Source: Candidatus Saccharimonadota bacterium
GTDB taxonomy: Archaea; Micrarchaeota; Micrarchaeia; Micrarchaeales; Micrarchaeaceae
DNA: 32,000 nucleotides
Assembly (NCBI RefSeq): GCF_002214165.1
Contig: NZ_CP019964.1
Span: 660,001-692,000 of the forward strand
Reading direction: 5' to 3'
Made by a program: the position numbers and the translations under genes. Positions 9,245-17,262 of the stretch are shown in pieces; the stretch's first letter is position 1; every line of letters begins with the position of its first letter. Under the pieces are notes generated by a model that did no database searches, was not told where the DNA came from, and saw nothing but the letters and a program-made list of their open reading frames with translations.

Positions 9245-10462
9245 TCAGAATTTTCCGACATTGGCAAATGTGCTTTCGATGCTTTCATCTGTGTTTGAAT
9301 GGTAGTTTGCTGCGCTCTTTCCGGTAGGTTCCCTGACCATTATTGAATATGCCACCAGCATAAGGCTGAAAAATGAAAATATTGCTATTAATATTTCATA
9401 GAGCTGCAGGTATGTTGCAGACAGGTAAACGAATAACGCTATAACTAATATATTGGCGAATATGCCAAATTTTGGGCCTGTTTTAGGATCTATGAATGAA
9501 AATAACCCTCCAAAAAATTGCAGCAGTACAAAAATTAGGCTTACTGAAAGCAGCAGGTACGAGAAATTGGCTGACAGCTTTAACGCACTAATTCCATATG
9601 TCTTTATGAATTCCAGCAAGTATGATACTTGGCTGGATGCCAAAATAGCTATTATTATTATAGGCAGTATCATAAGTACTGACCCGAGCATTAGGTATTC
9701 ACTGGAGTTGCTGTCAAAAATCTTGCTGCCTGCCTGCCCATAGCCTGTTGAAACTTTATCTATATCTTCTAAGCAGTAATAATTCCCGTTATGGCTGACT
9801 AGGTCTTCATAACAGAATGGCCTATGGCAGTAATTGCATATTGCATAAGCTGGCCTCCAAGGGTGCCATACGCACATTAGATTTGCAGCCATTCTTCTGC
9901 TCTCCAACTGTGCCTTCGTTTCTTTGTGCTTCTCGTTTGCCATATAAGACTGGTCCATCATCACGCTTCCGAGCGCTTGGTTGAACTGCTGGTCAGACAT
10001 CTGTGAAGCTACAAAAGCAGGAGCTTGTGGTGCATTTGGCTGCTGGTATGTAGGGTAATTCCCTGCTTGGGGTTGATTCTGGTAACTTTCGTATGATTGC
10101 GTATTTGGGCGTGTTTGTGTTTCTGGCTGCACTGCCCCATAGGTGCTTCCATAGGCCTTAGGCTGCTCGAATTTGGGCTGGCTCCCCGGCCTACTTTCAG
10201 GTTTAGATACAGGATTGATTTCCGGTCTTTGAACAGGTTTATTTGTCGGTATTTTATTGTTATCGTTTGTTACAGGATTTGAGGACGCAGATTTGTTTTG
10301 AACGGTGGATTTGCTGAAATTTATATTTGGGTTTGTGCCTGCATTAATGTTAGAATTAGGATTGCCTTGGCTTTGGGGTTGCGGCGAAGCGTTAACTGAA
10401 CCGGACTCTCTCTTTTTTCGAACCTTGAAAATAAGGAGATCGTCCTGATTCAGGTCAGCCAT
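9245..10462 (-). CDS. membrane protein with Q/N/P-rich low-complexity N-terminal region, B-box-like Cys/His zinc-finger cluster and about 4 C-terminal TM helices
   Basis: CVWHPWRPAYAICNYCHRPFCYEDLVSH...YYC gives a C-x2-H-x8-C-x2-C-x4-C pattern. There are ~170 aa of N/Q/P/S-rich sequence, followed by hydrophobic helices. ATG at 10462 is preceded by GAGGT overlapping the eS26 stop; the tracked TTG at 10468 is an alternative start. Confidence 0.6.
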   Translation of the reverse strand: MADLNQDDLLIFKVRKKRESGSVNASPQPQSQGNPNSNINAGTNPNINFSKSTVQNKSASSNPVTNDNNKIPTNKPVQRPEINPVSKPESRPGSQPKFEQPKAYGSTYGAVQPETQTRPNTQSYESYQNQPQAGNYPTYQQPNAPQAPAFVASQMSDQQFNQALGSVMMDQSYMANEKHKETKAQLESRRMAANLMCVWHPWRPAYAICNYCHRPFCYEDLVSHNGNYYCLEDIDKVSTGYGQAGSKIFDSNSSEYLMLGSVLMILPIIIIAILASSQVSYLLEFIKTYGISALKLSANFSYLLLSVSLIFVLLQFFGGLFSFIDPKTGPKFGIFANILVIALFVYLSATYLQLYEILIAIFSFFSLMLVAYSIMVREPTGKSAANYHSNTDESIESTFANVGKF

Positions 10463-10473
10463 TGCCAATTACC

Positions 10474-10716
10474 TCATTCCAATCTTCGATTTGCTCTTGA
10501 CATTGCCTGTCTTTTTTTCATTTCGAAGATTCCCCTATGCTTAGCGCAGCTTATACAGTAGAATACTTTGTTCCTTTCTGTGAACCTTATGTCTTTATTG
10601 GTCTTCATATCTGTACTAAATACTGTAAATTTCTCTACGTCTACAGCTTTGCTTCTAGGTACCTTTCTGCCACACGACTCGCATGTTACTAATGTTTCCC
10701 TTCCTCTTCTTGCCAA
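10474..10716 (-). CDS. rps26e: ribosomal protein eS26
   Basis: 80 aa. VTCESCGRKVPRSKAV...YCISCAKHRGI reproduces the eS26 pattern (C-x2-C-x-R-x-VP-x2-KA ... YC-x-SCA-x-H). TTG start is preceded by AGGTG 7 nt upstream. Confidence 0.75.
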   Translation of the reverse strand: MARRGRETLVTCESCGRKVPRSKAVDVEKFTVFSTDMKTNKDIRFTERNKVFYCISCAKHRGIFEMKKRQAMSRANRRLE

Positions 10717-11025
10717 CTTAACACCTTTATTTATTTTGTAAGTTTAAAGTTTTTAAATGGTTGTTTTATTTGATTAATACCTGTTTACCAGAGAATGATC
10801 TTTAAAATATAGCAATCCATAATTGCAGCTCCTTTGTAAATAGAATAGCAACCATTACAATATATAGGTATGCAATAAGATATATATAGGTTTGTATAAG
10901 CTATCTCGGTTGTATCGCTTATATTTAAGTGGATATTTTCTGGGAAGTATTCGCTTGATTCCAGATATCTAAAAACATCAGGTTCATAATTTTTATCAAT
11001 CATAATTATTTATACAGGTGTTATA

Positions 11026-11364
11026 TTGAAATTAGGTTGCAACGATGAAATAAAAAATCTGCTTCCGTCCATAAAGGGGGCTATATGTGAAGATCTTATA
11101 TACAAGATGAATTATAGCCAGGAGAAAGCTGCTGCTTTGCTTGGAATAACGCAGCCGATGGTCAGCAAGTACATCCATCGTAGGTATTCTGCTAATTTAA
11201 AAATCACAATATCAAGGATAAAGAACAATAAAATGTATATCAGAGCAATAGATGGATTTATCAAAGGGGGCGGAAATGCAGACGTGGATTCCTTAATAAA
11301 TGCCCTATTATTTGATAAAGAATTTGTAGATGAATTGAGGACCTCGGAATCATCTCTTAAATAG
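11026..11364 (+). CDS. small HTH transcriptional regulator (XRE/COG2522-like)
   Basis: YSQEKAAALLGITQPMVSKYI is a clear helix-turn-helix. 112 aa. TTG start. Confidence 0.6.
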   Translation: MKLGCNDEIKNLLPSIKGAICEDLIYKMNYSQEKAAALLGITQPMVSKYIHRRYSANLKITISRIKNNKMYIRAIDGFIKGGGNADVDSLINALLFDKEFVDELRTSESSLK

Positions 11365-11931
11365 AACTATTTCGTTGCCCGCACTCTCTATCTGAATCCT
11401 TGCCACATCCTGCTTCTTCCTAAATCCTGGCAATATTACTTCCGGAAACCGTATTGTCCTTGTTTTATCATAGATTTCCTCCATGTAATGAAAGAGCTGC
11501 TCAGACCTTTTTACATTTCTTGACATTAAAAGGCTGATGATTTCCCTTTTTAATTCTCCAACTACATCCAGCATTCCTAATATATAGGACTCTGTTGGTA
11601 TCTTAATCTCATCCAAGACTACAAAACGGTCATTTATCAGCAGGTTGTAAAATATCTGCGCTTCGGCATATTCTTGGTAAGCCTGCAGCGTGTAATACCT
11701 GAATCCCGAATCTTTGCCCAATAAACTCTTTACACTTTTAGAGAGCAGATTGATTTTGTCTTTTGATTCCTTTTTATTGCCATTATGAAGTAGTGTTATC
11801 GCTATGCCAGAACCTCTTATTATGTCCCTTGATTCCAAGGAGATTTCGTCATATAGCTTTTCCTTGTCCTCCAGCTGCCTTTCGTATTTTTCTATCTCTT
11901 TATCTATTGGACTTCCCTCTTTATTTGCCAT
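11350..11931 (-). CDS. translin-family protein (COG2178)
   Basis: YQEYAEAQIF and YILGMLDVVGELKREI correspond to the conserved translin/TRAX helices. 193 aa. Overlaps the ogg stop by 11 nt. Confidence 0.65.
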   Translation of the reverse strand: MANKEGSPIDKEIEKYERQLEDKEKLYDEISLESRDIIRGSGIAITLLHNGNKKESKDKINLLSKSVKSLLGKDSGFRYYTLQAYQEYAEAQIFYNLLINDRFVVLDEIKIPTESYILGMLDVVGELKREIISLLMSRNVKRSEQLFHYMEEIYDKTRTIRFPEVILPGFRKKQDVARIQIESAGNEIVLFKR

Positions 11932-12835
11932 CTTTATTGCCTCTCCCCAAATTTTTCATTCCGTAAAAAAACAGGTATTGCTGCGCGAATCCTCTGTATT
12001 CCCCCCATTTTTCTTCTGAGAATTTGTAAAGGTCTTTTATTTTCTGGGGCTTGGAATTGAAATATAATCTTTCTAGGGTCCTCTTCATCCATACGTCTAT
12101 AGGAAATGCGTTGAAATTGCCATATCCCATCAGGATTATACAATCTGCCACCTTTGGACCTACTCCCTCTATATCCATAAGAGTGCCCTTAAGCTCATCA
12201 TAATTTTTAGGGTTAAGCTTGCTGAGATCGATATTTTCGGAGCACACCCTGGCTGCATCCATTATGTACTTTGCCCTGAACCCCATCCCGCTTCTGAGCA
12301 AATCTTCTTTGCTGACTCTGCTAAGCTTTTCTGGATTTGGAAATGACTTGAATTTTATTCCTGTACTCTCGTCAATATGCTCTTCTCCAAACATATTTAC
12401 AAGATTTTTGATTATTAACCTTATGCGCTTTACATTGTTGAACTGCGAGGTTATGAAGCAGACGGTTGTTTCCCAAGGGTCATTCAAAGTTACTCTCATC
12501 CCTTTGTAAGCGGAGATTGCACGCTCCATATTTTCATCGGTTGATATCTTTTTATAAAGCATTGATACGTCATCATCAAGCCTGAATTTCGTGTAGACCT
12601 TGCCAAGTTTCCATGAATTAGGGTTGTCAATCATTATCTTTGTATTATTTCCTTTTAGCTCCTTGAACCTTAATTTTATAAGAGAATCCCCTTCGACGTA
12701 ATTCAGCTTGCTCTCGTTTGCATAGTAATCTCCATAAAAAGTCAAGGGCTGTGCGCTTTCGAAAGTGTACTTTATGTTGAATAATCTTGCGTATATCGGC
12801 TTTTCATTGACAGTTAATTCGCTTTCGTTTTTCAT
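11921..12835 (-). CDS. ogg: 8-oxoguanine DNA glycosylase/AP lyase, OGG1-type (HhH-GPD)
   Basis: HhH-GPD motif LMDIEGVGPKVADCIILMGYGNFNAFPIDVWMKR, with the catalytic Lys in GVGPKVADC and Asp in PIDVW. About 300 aa, including an Ogg N-terminal domain. Confidence 0.8.
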   Translation of the reverse strand: MKNESELTVNEKPIYARLFNIKYTFESAQPLTFYGDYYANESKLNYVEGDSLIKLRFKELKGNNTKIMIDNPNSWKLGKVYTKFRLDDDVSMLYKKISTDENMERAISAYKGMRVTLNDPWETTVCFITSQFNNVKRIRLIIKNLVNMFGEEHIDESTGIKFKSFPNPEKLSRVSKEDLLRSGMGFRAKYIMDAARVCSENIDLSKLNPKNYDELKGTLMDIEGVGPKVADCIILMGYGNFNAFPIDVWMKRTLERLYFNSKPQKIKDLYKFSEEKWGEYRGFAQQYLFFYGMKNLGRGNKDGK

Positions 12836-12836
12836 T

Positions 12837-14336
12837 TCAATTGCCTATGTCATTTAGCTTTACGCGTACCTGGGAGGCATCTGATATATCCCTTATTGTT
12901 ACAGTGCCATCCTCAAGCGTATTATAGTCTATTGTTACGCATTTGCCTATTCCTATCTCATCCGCTTTTGCATACCTCTTTCCTATGCTACCGGTTTCTT
13001 TATAGAATACATTATAGCCCTTTTCCTGCAGTATTCTCTGCGCTTCTATCGATTTTTGGATTAATGAGTCATCCTTTTGCAATGGATATACAGCATATTG
13101 GAAGGGTTGGATGGATTTGTTTAGCATTAAGACCTCCCATCCCCTCTTTTCGTCCTTATACAGATTGTTTGAAAGCACTGCCCAGAAAAGTCTATCCAAT
13201 CCAAAACTGACTTCTATTACATGAGGAAGCACACTCTTTCCACCATCTAAAACTGCCATATCCGTATTTGACATTCTGCTGTGATTGGAAAGGTCAAAAT
13301 CCGACCTGTAAGCATTTCCCGCGACCTCCTCGTATTTGCCATTTATCTTTATTTCCAAATCAATATTGCCTTTTGAATAGTGGGGCAACTCATCCGCCAT
13401 TAATATTCTGAATCTCGTCAAATCCTCGTTTATGCCAAAAAGGTCCAGTATCAGGGATTCTTTATAAATCATATAACTGAATATTTTATTTGGGATAAGC
13501 TTTAGCTCCAAAGCTTCTGACAGCGATACCTTCTTCGCCTCCTCTCCTTTCTCTTGGTCCTCTCTTGTCAGAAGGTAAATTTTTTTGTTCAAAAATTCAT
13601 CATTTACCTTTTGGTTTTCTATTAATGGCAGCTCATCTGCTTTTTCTGGATTGAAAAAGTATTCGAGTTCCATCTGTGAGAACTCCCTCATCCTTATCAG
13701 GATTTGCCTAGGCGAAATTTCATTCCTGAAGACCTTGCCTTCCTGCGCTATCCCTATAGGCAGCTTGAAATTATAGCTTTTATAAAGTTCTTTGAAGTCT
13801 ACGAATATACCCTGCGCAGTCTCTGGCCTTAGATAACCGATTGTGCCCCCTGTTGGCCCTATCTCTGTTTTCATCATAAGATTAAACGCTGTAATCTTTG
13901 AAAATTCACCTTTGCACTTCGGGCATGATATATTGTATTTTGATACCAACTCCTGCAGCTCGTCAGATGTCATGTGGCCTACTTTCTTGGCAAGGTCGTA
14001 ATTTTTCTGCTTCTCAAAAAACTCCTCCAAAAGCTTGTCGGCTCTGTATGTTGAACCGCACTTTGTGCATTTTAGTATAGGGTCGGTAAATGTATTTATA
14101 TGTCCGCTTGCCTGATATACCTTGTCAGATCCTACTATTGTAGATTCTATCTCCAAGCTCCCCAAGCCTTTTACAAATGTTTTTCTCCAGATAGATTTCA
14201 GGTTTGACTTTATGCTTAGACCTATAGGCCCATAATCGTAGAATCCTGCCAGTTCACCATATATCTTAAATGAAGGTATTATTATCCCCCGCCTGGAACA
14301 GAGATTCATCAATTGATCTACATTTTCTTTCTCCAT
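12837..14336 (-). CDS. glyS: glycyl-tRNA synthetase (archaeal/eukaryotic alpha2 type)
   Basis: N-terminus LCSRRGIIIPSFKIYGELAGFYDYGPIG. Class II motifs FRNEISPR and GLDR. C-terminal anticodon-binding domain. Confidence 0.9.
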   Translation of the reverse strand: MEKENVDQLMNLCSRRGIIIPSFKIYGELAGFYDYGPIGLSIKSNLKSIWRKTFVKGLGSLEIESTIVGSDKVYQASGHINTFTDPILKCTKCGSTYRADKLLEEFFEKQKNYDLAKKVGHMTSDELQELVSKYNISCPKCKGEFSKITAFNLMMKTEIGPTGGTIGYLRPETAQGIFVDFKELYKSYNFKLPIGIAQEGKVFRNEISPRQILIRMREFSQMELEYFFNPEKADELPLIENQKVNDEFLNKKIYLLTREDQEKGEEAKKVSLSEALELKLIPNKIFSYMIYKESLILDLFGINEDLTRFRILMADELPHYSKGNIDLEIKINGKYEEVAGNAYRSDFDLSNHSRMSNTDMAVLDGGKSVLPHVIEVSFGLDRLFWAVLSNNLYKDEKRGWEVLMLNKSIQPFQYAVYPLQKDDSLIQKSIEAQRILQEKGYNVFYKETGSIGKRYAKADEIGIGKCVTIDYNTLEDGTVTIRDISDASQVRVKLNDIGN

Positions 14337-14397
14337 AATACAACCTTATTAAATAATGCTATTAAAAGCTTATAGAAATATCTTTATTTAACATTTG

Positions 14398-14405
14398 TTT
14401 AAATA
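14398..14405 (+). promoter_or_regulatory. TATA box (TTTAAATA) upstream of nop5
   Basis: Exact TTTAAATA octamer 15 nt before TTG 14420 and 51 nt before ATG 14456. Confidence 0.4.
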
Positions 14406-14419
14406 TATATGGTGTTTTA

Positions 14420-15427
14420 TTGGCTGATGATAATTTTGATGAGATTAGAAAAAATATGCTTTCAGAGGTTAAAAATGAGATAAAAAGCGGATACTCCAGC
14501 GAAGAGTACACTTTGATACAGGCTGTGAACGCCTATGATGAGGTACTTCGCTCCTATAACCTGTTTTCTGAGAGGCTTACTGAATGGTACCTTCTCTATT
14601 ACCCAAACATAAGGGTGCAGAGCCCGAACTTGCTTGCGGATCTTATAAAAGTAATAGACAACAAAGACGAATTGACTTTGGAAAATATAAATTCAGTTGT
14701 AAATGACGTCAATAAATCGAAAACCATTTACGAAAAAGCAACTGCAGAGAATATAGGAAAGGAGATATCTCCGGAAGAGGCCTATATAGTGGAAAGATAT
14801 GCGGAGCTTATAAAGAAATCGAATGAGACTTTGGAAGAGCTCCAGAAATATATAGATACCACCGCAAACAAGCTAATGCCCAATACAGTTTACTTGACCA
14901 ATAGTTTGACTGCCTCCGAATTGCTAAACAAGGCAGGTTCTATGGAGAAACTTTCAATAATGCCGTCCAGCACGATACAATTATTGGGTGCGGAAAATGC
15001 GTTGTTCAAGCACATAAAATTTGGAAGCAAGCCGCCGAAGTATGGCTTGCTGTTCAAGCTTCCTGAGATAAATACTGCAAGGAGGGATACTAAAGGAAGG
15101 ATAGCTAGGGTTTATGCAAACAAGATAAGCATAGCGCTCAAGGCTGATTATTACACAAAGAATTTCATAGCGAAAGAGCTCAAGGAGAGCTTGGATAGCA
15201 GCATAAGCAGAATATCAAAATCTCCAGTAAAAGCAAAAAGCAGCACTCAAACAAATAGGAGTTATAGTTCAAAAAGGCATAATCAAGGGGATGGAGAAAG
15301 GCACAGGAACGATTTCCACAGGGATAACAATAGAGATTCATCCAGAAACAATAATAGGTTTAGGAGAAAAGACAGGAAGAACCATTTCACAGGAAAAGCT
15401 GATAAGAAGCCAAATTTCCACAAATAA
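14420..15427 (+). CDS. nop5: Nop5 (Nop56/58) C/D-box sRNP core protein homolog lacking the N-terminal domain; basic R/N/D-rich C-terminal tail
   Basis: LIQAVNAYDEVLRSYNLFSERLTEWYLLYYPNI is the start of the coiled-coil domain. LLGAENALFKHIKFGSKPPKYGLLF belongs to the Nop domain. Start is uncertain: TTG 14420 or ATG 14456. Confidence 0.8.
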   Translation: MADDNFDEIRKNMLSEVKNEIKSGYSSEEYTLIQAVNAYDEVLRSYNLFSERLTEWYLLYYPNIRVQSPNLLADLIKVIDNKDELTLENINSVVNDVNKSKTIYEKATAENIGKEISPEEAYIVERYAELIKKSNETLEELQKYIDTTANKLMPNTVYLTNSLTASELLNKAGSMEKLSIMPSSTIQLLGAENALFKHIKFGSKPPKYGLLFKLPEINTARRDTKGRIARVYANKISIALKADYYTKNFIAKELKESLDSSISRISKSPVKAKSSTQTNRSYSSKRHNQGDGERHRNDFHRDNNRDSSRNNNRFRRKDRKNHFTGKADKKPNFHK

Positions 15428-15491
15428 CCTTTTATAGAGGTTATTTGCTAGTTCTCACATATTAGTATAAGTCCCGATTTTTTAAGAAAGG

Positions 15492-15499
15492 TTTAAATA
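15492..15499 (+). promoter_or_regulatory. TATA box (TTTAAATA) with purine-rich BRE-like GAAAGG upstream
   Basis: Exact TTTAAATA octamer. Predicted transcription start near 15522, where the 11-bp repeats begin. Confidence 0.45.
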
Positions 15500-15521
15500 T
15501 CTATAACACAACTAATTAATG

Positions 15522-15553
15522 TCATGATTGTATCATGATTGTTATGTGATTGG
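15522..15553 (+). repeat. three tandem 11-bp-phased repeats (TCATGATTGT, TCATGATTGT, degenerate TGTGATTGG)
   Basis: TCATGATTGT at 15522-15531 and 15533-15542, and TGTGATTGG at 15545-15553. They lie between the TATA box and the ATG of the wHTH gene. Confidence 0.6.
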
Positions 15554-15578
15554 TTTGGGAAAGATTCATGGTGGAATA

Positions 15579-16127
15579 ATGCATTCAAAAAAGGAGCTTG
15601 AAAAAGAGATAGCAAACATAAAGAACCAGCTCAAAATGATAAATGCTACCAACTTGAATGATTACAAGCCAAGCCAAGAATCAGATGAAGATTTTGTTTC
15701 TTTGTTCAAATACATGTTAGAAGAGAACAAGAAAACAACTTTGGTATTGGATAGCATACTTAAAAGGATAGAAAAGCTGGAATCGGATGTCAGCGAAGTA
15801 TATGACGACGATGAAGAGGAGGAAGAGGAAAGCAGCAAGGTTGAAAAGACTGAAAGCTTTGTTGATCAGCCTAAAAAGGAGATACTCCTTGCCAGCACTG
15901 ACGTGAAAATAGTGCAGATACTTCAGCTATCCGAAAACAGCATGGCATCCGCTGAAGAAGTAAGCAGAAAGATGAATTACAAAGGGAAGAATGCAGCTTC
16001 CGCAAGGCTTAATAGGCTTTATAAGATGGGCTTGATTGACAGATATCAGCTCGGACATAAAGTCTATTATAAATATGATCCAGGCAAGACGACCAGTACC
16101 CTGATCATTTCACCCCCACAGTATTGA
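15579..16127 (+). CDS. winged-HTH (MarR/ArsR-like) DNA-binding protein with N-terminal coiled coil and acidic D/E run
   Basis: C-terminal VKIVQILQLSENSMASAEEVSRKMNYKGKNAASARLNRLYKMGLIDR looks like a wHTH. Acidic run DDDEEEEEES. ATG at 15579 is preceded by GGTGG; the tracked TTG at 15528 would sit at the predicted transcription start. Confidence 0.6.
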   Translation: MHSKKELEKEIANIKNQLKMINATNLNDYKPSQESDEDFVSLFKYMLEENKKTTLVLDSILKRIEKLESDVSEVYDDDEEEEEESSKVEKTESFVDQPKKEILLASTDVKIVQILQLSENSMASAEEVSRKMNYKGKNAASARLNRLYKMGLIDRYQLGHKVYYKYDPGKTTSTLIISPPQY

Positions 16128-16150
16128 GGGGCTTATGGCCCCTCCTTTTT
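16126..16150 (+). terminator. GC-rich hairpin plus T5 tract directly after the stop codon
   Basis: GAGGGGC (16126-16132) pairs with GCCCCTC (16138-16144) over a 5-nt loop, followed by C-TTTTT (16146-16150). Lies between convergent genes. Confidence 0.4.
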
Positions 16151-16192
16151 CTAATTCACTTATTAGGATTAGCTGAAAGCATAATTGGGAAA

Positions 16193-17230
16193 TCAATCCT
16201 TTATAGATGCAATATCGCCGAATGCCTGTAGCTGCTGCCCAACCTCATCCAATGAGTTTATTATATCTATTTTAACTCCGTAGCTCTCCGCTTTTGCCAA
16301 CAGTTTTTTTATATCGTTGTCATCAAGCTTGCTGTCGTTTACAATTATTTCTCCAGCCTCGTAGTTGTCTAACGCTTCCTCAACGTTCTTCGTGCCATAT
16401 TTTGAATACCCAAGGGACAGGCCTTTCAGGAATTTCTCCATAAGCTCGAATTCGCTCTTTATGAGCTCGTTCTCCATAAGCTTCTTTACGCTGTCGCTCT
16501 TTATGAGCTCGTATACCCCCGATTTCTCCGTATTGCTCGTGTCCATTATCAATATGTTCTTGTTGAGCTTGCTTGAAGTCGGCACATTGTCTATATAGGA
16601 TTTGATGTCATTCTTCGTGAACCCAGGCCCTGCAAGTATCACTGTGCTCACATCCATGTTGTTTATTACTTCGATTACCTTGTTGAAGAATTTCGTCTGC
16701 AGTTCTGCGTATTCCTTCTGGCTCATGTTCTTGCTCAGGTTGTTGTATACCTCGCTGCCGAACTCTATCCCGTAGCCAAGTATCTTTGCATAAAATGCCT
16801 TCTCGTCATCAACAAGAACTATCCCCAATTTTGGCCTGCGCGACTCCTTTGCCTCCTTGTAAAGGAGATCCAATATATAATCCTCCCACTTAGCTTTTGT
16901 TATCTCCACTTTGTCCCCTGAAGCTATATTGAGGGTGTGGTGGCTGTTAAGCGACACATATTCGAGAGGCTTGCCATAGGTTATCCTGCCTAATACCCTT
17001 AACCTTGAAGCGCTCCTGTCAAGCTCTACCTTTTCAACTTTCACCTCAATTACGACATCTTTCAGTTCCCCTACATCTGTCTCGCTTGCCTTGTATTTCC
17101 TCACGGTTTTGGTCTTTACCAAGTCACCTGGAAATATTATCCTTTCAAGAGCCCACAGGTCCTCAAGAGTCTCGACTAAAACGGAAACCTTTGATTCATC
17201 CTTATAATATTTGAGTATCTGCAATGACAT
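16193..17230 (-). CDS. pelA: Pelota (Dom34) mRNA surveillance/ribosome rescue factor
   Basis: N-terminus VSVLVETLEDLWALERIIFPGDLV, central GPGFTKND and an eRF1-like C-terminal domain. 345 aa. Confidence 0.85.
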   Translation of the reverse strand: MSLQILKYYKDESKVSVLVETLEDLWALERIIFPGDLVKTKTVRKYKASETDVGELKDVVIEVKVEKVELDRSASRLRVLGRITYGKPLEYVSLNSHHTLNIASGDKVEITKAKWEDYILDLLYKEAKESRRPKLGIVLVDDEKAFYAKILGYGIEFGSEVYNNLSKNMSQKEYAELQTKFFNKVIEVINNMDVSTVILAGPGFTKNDIKSYIDNVPTSSKLNKNILIMDTSNTEKSGVYELIKSDSVKKLMENELIKSEFELMEKFLKGLSLGYSKYGTKNVEEALDNYEAGEIIVNDSKLDDNDIKKLLAKAESYGVKIDIINSLDEVGQQLQAFGDIASIKD

Positions 17231-17262
17231 CGCTTTTTAAACTTTGACAGTATAATTTTATT

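Noticed and set aside
10785-11003. 72-aa Cys-containing ORF in the 310-bp AT-rich spacer between rps26e and the HTH gene
   Set aside because: It has no ribosome-binding site. The only TATA-like element sits about 5-10 nt from its ATG, which is too close. The composition looks intergenic and there is no recognisable motif. A real small protein or an ncRNA in this unusually long spacer cannot be excluded.
14421-14470. Possible C/D-box sRNA at the nop5 5' end (CTGATGA ... GATGA)
   Set aside because: The C-box is imperfect (C instead of a purine before UGAUGA). No CUGA D-box or terminal stem lies at the expected ~50-60 nt spacing. The sequence is in frame with the nop5 ORF.
15528-15578. TTG start of the wHTH ORF
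   Set aside because: It lies at or within a few nt of the predicted transcription start and inside the 11-bp repeat array. ATG 15579 has a GGTGG ribosome-binding site 4 nt upstream.
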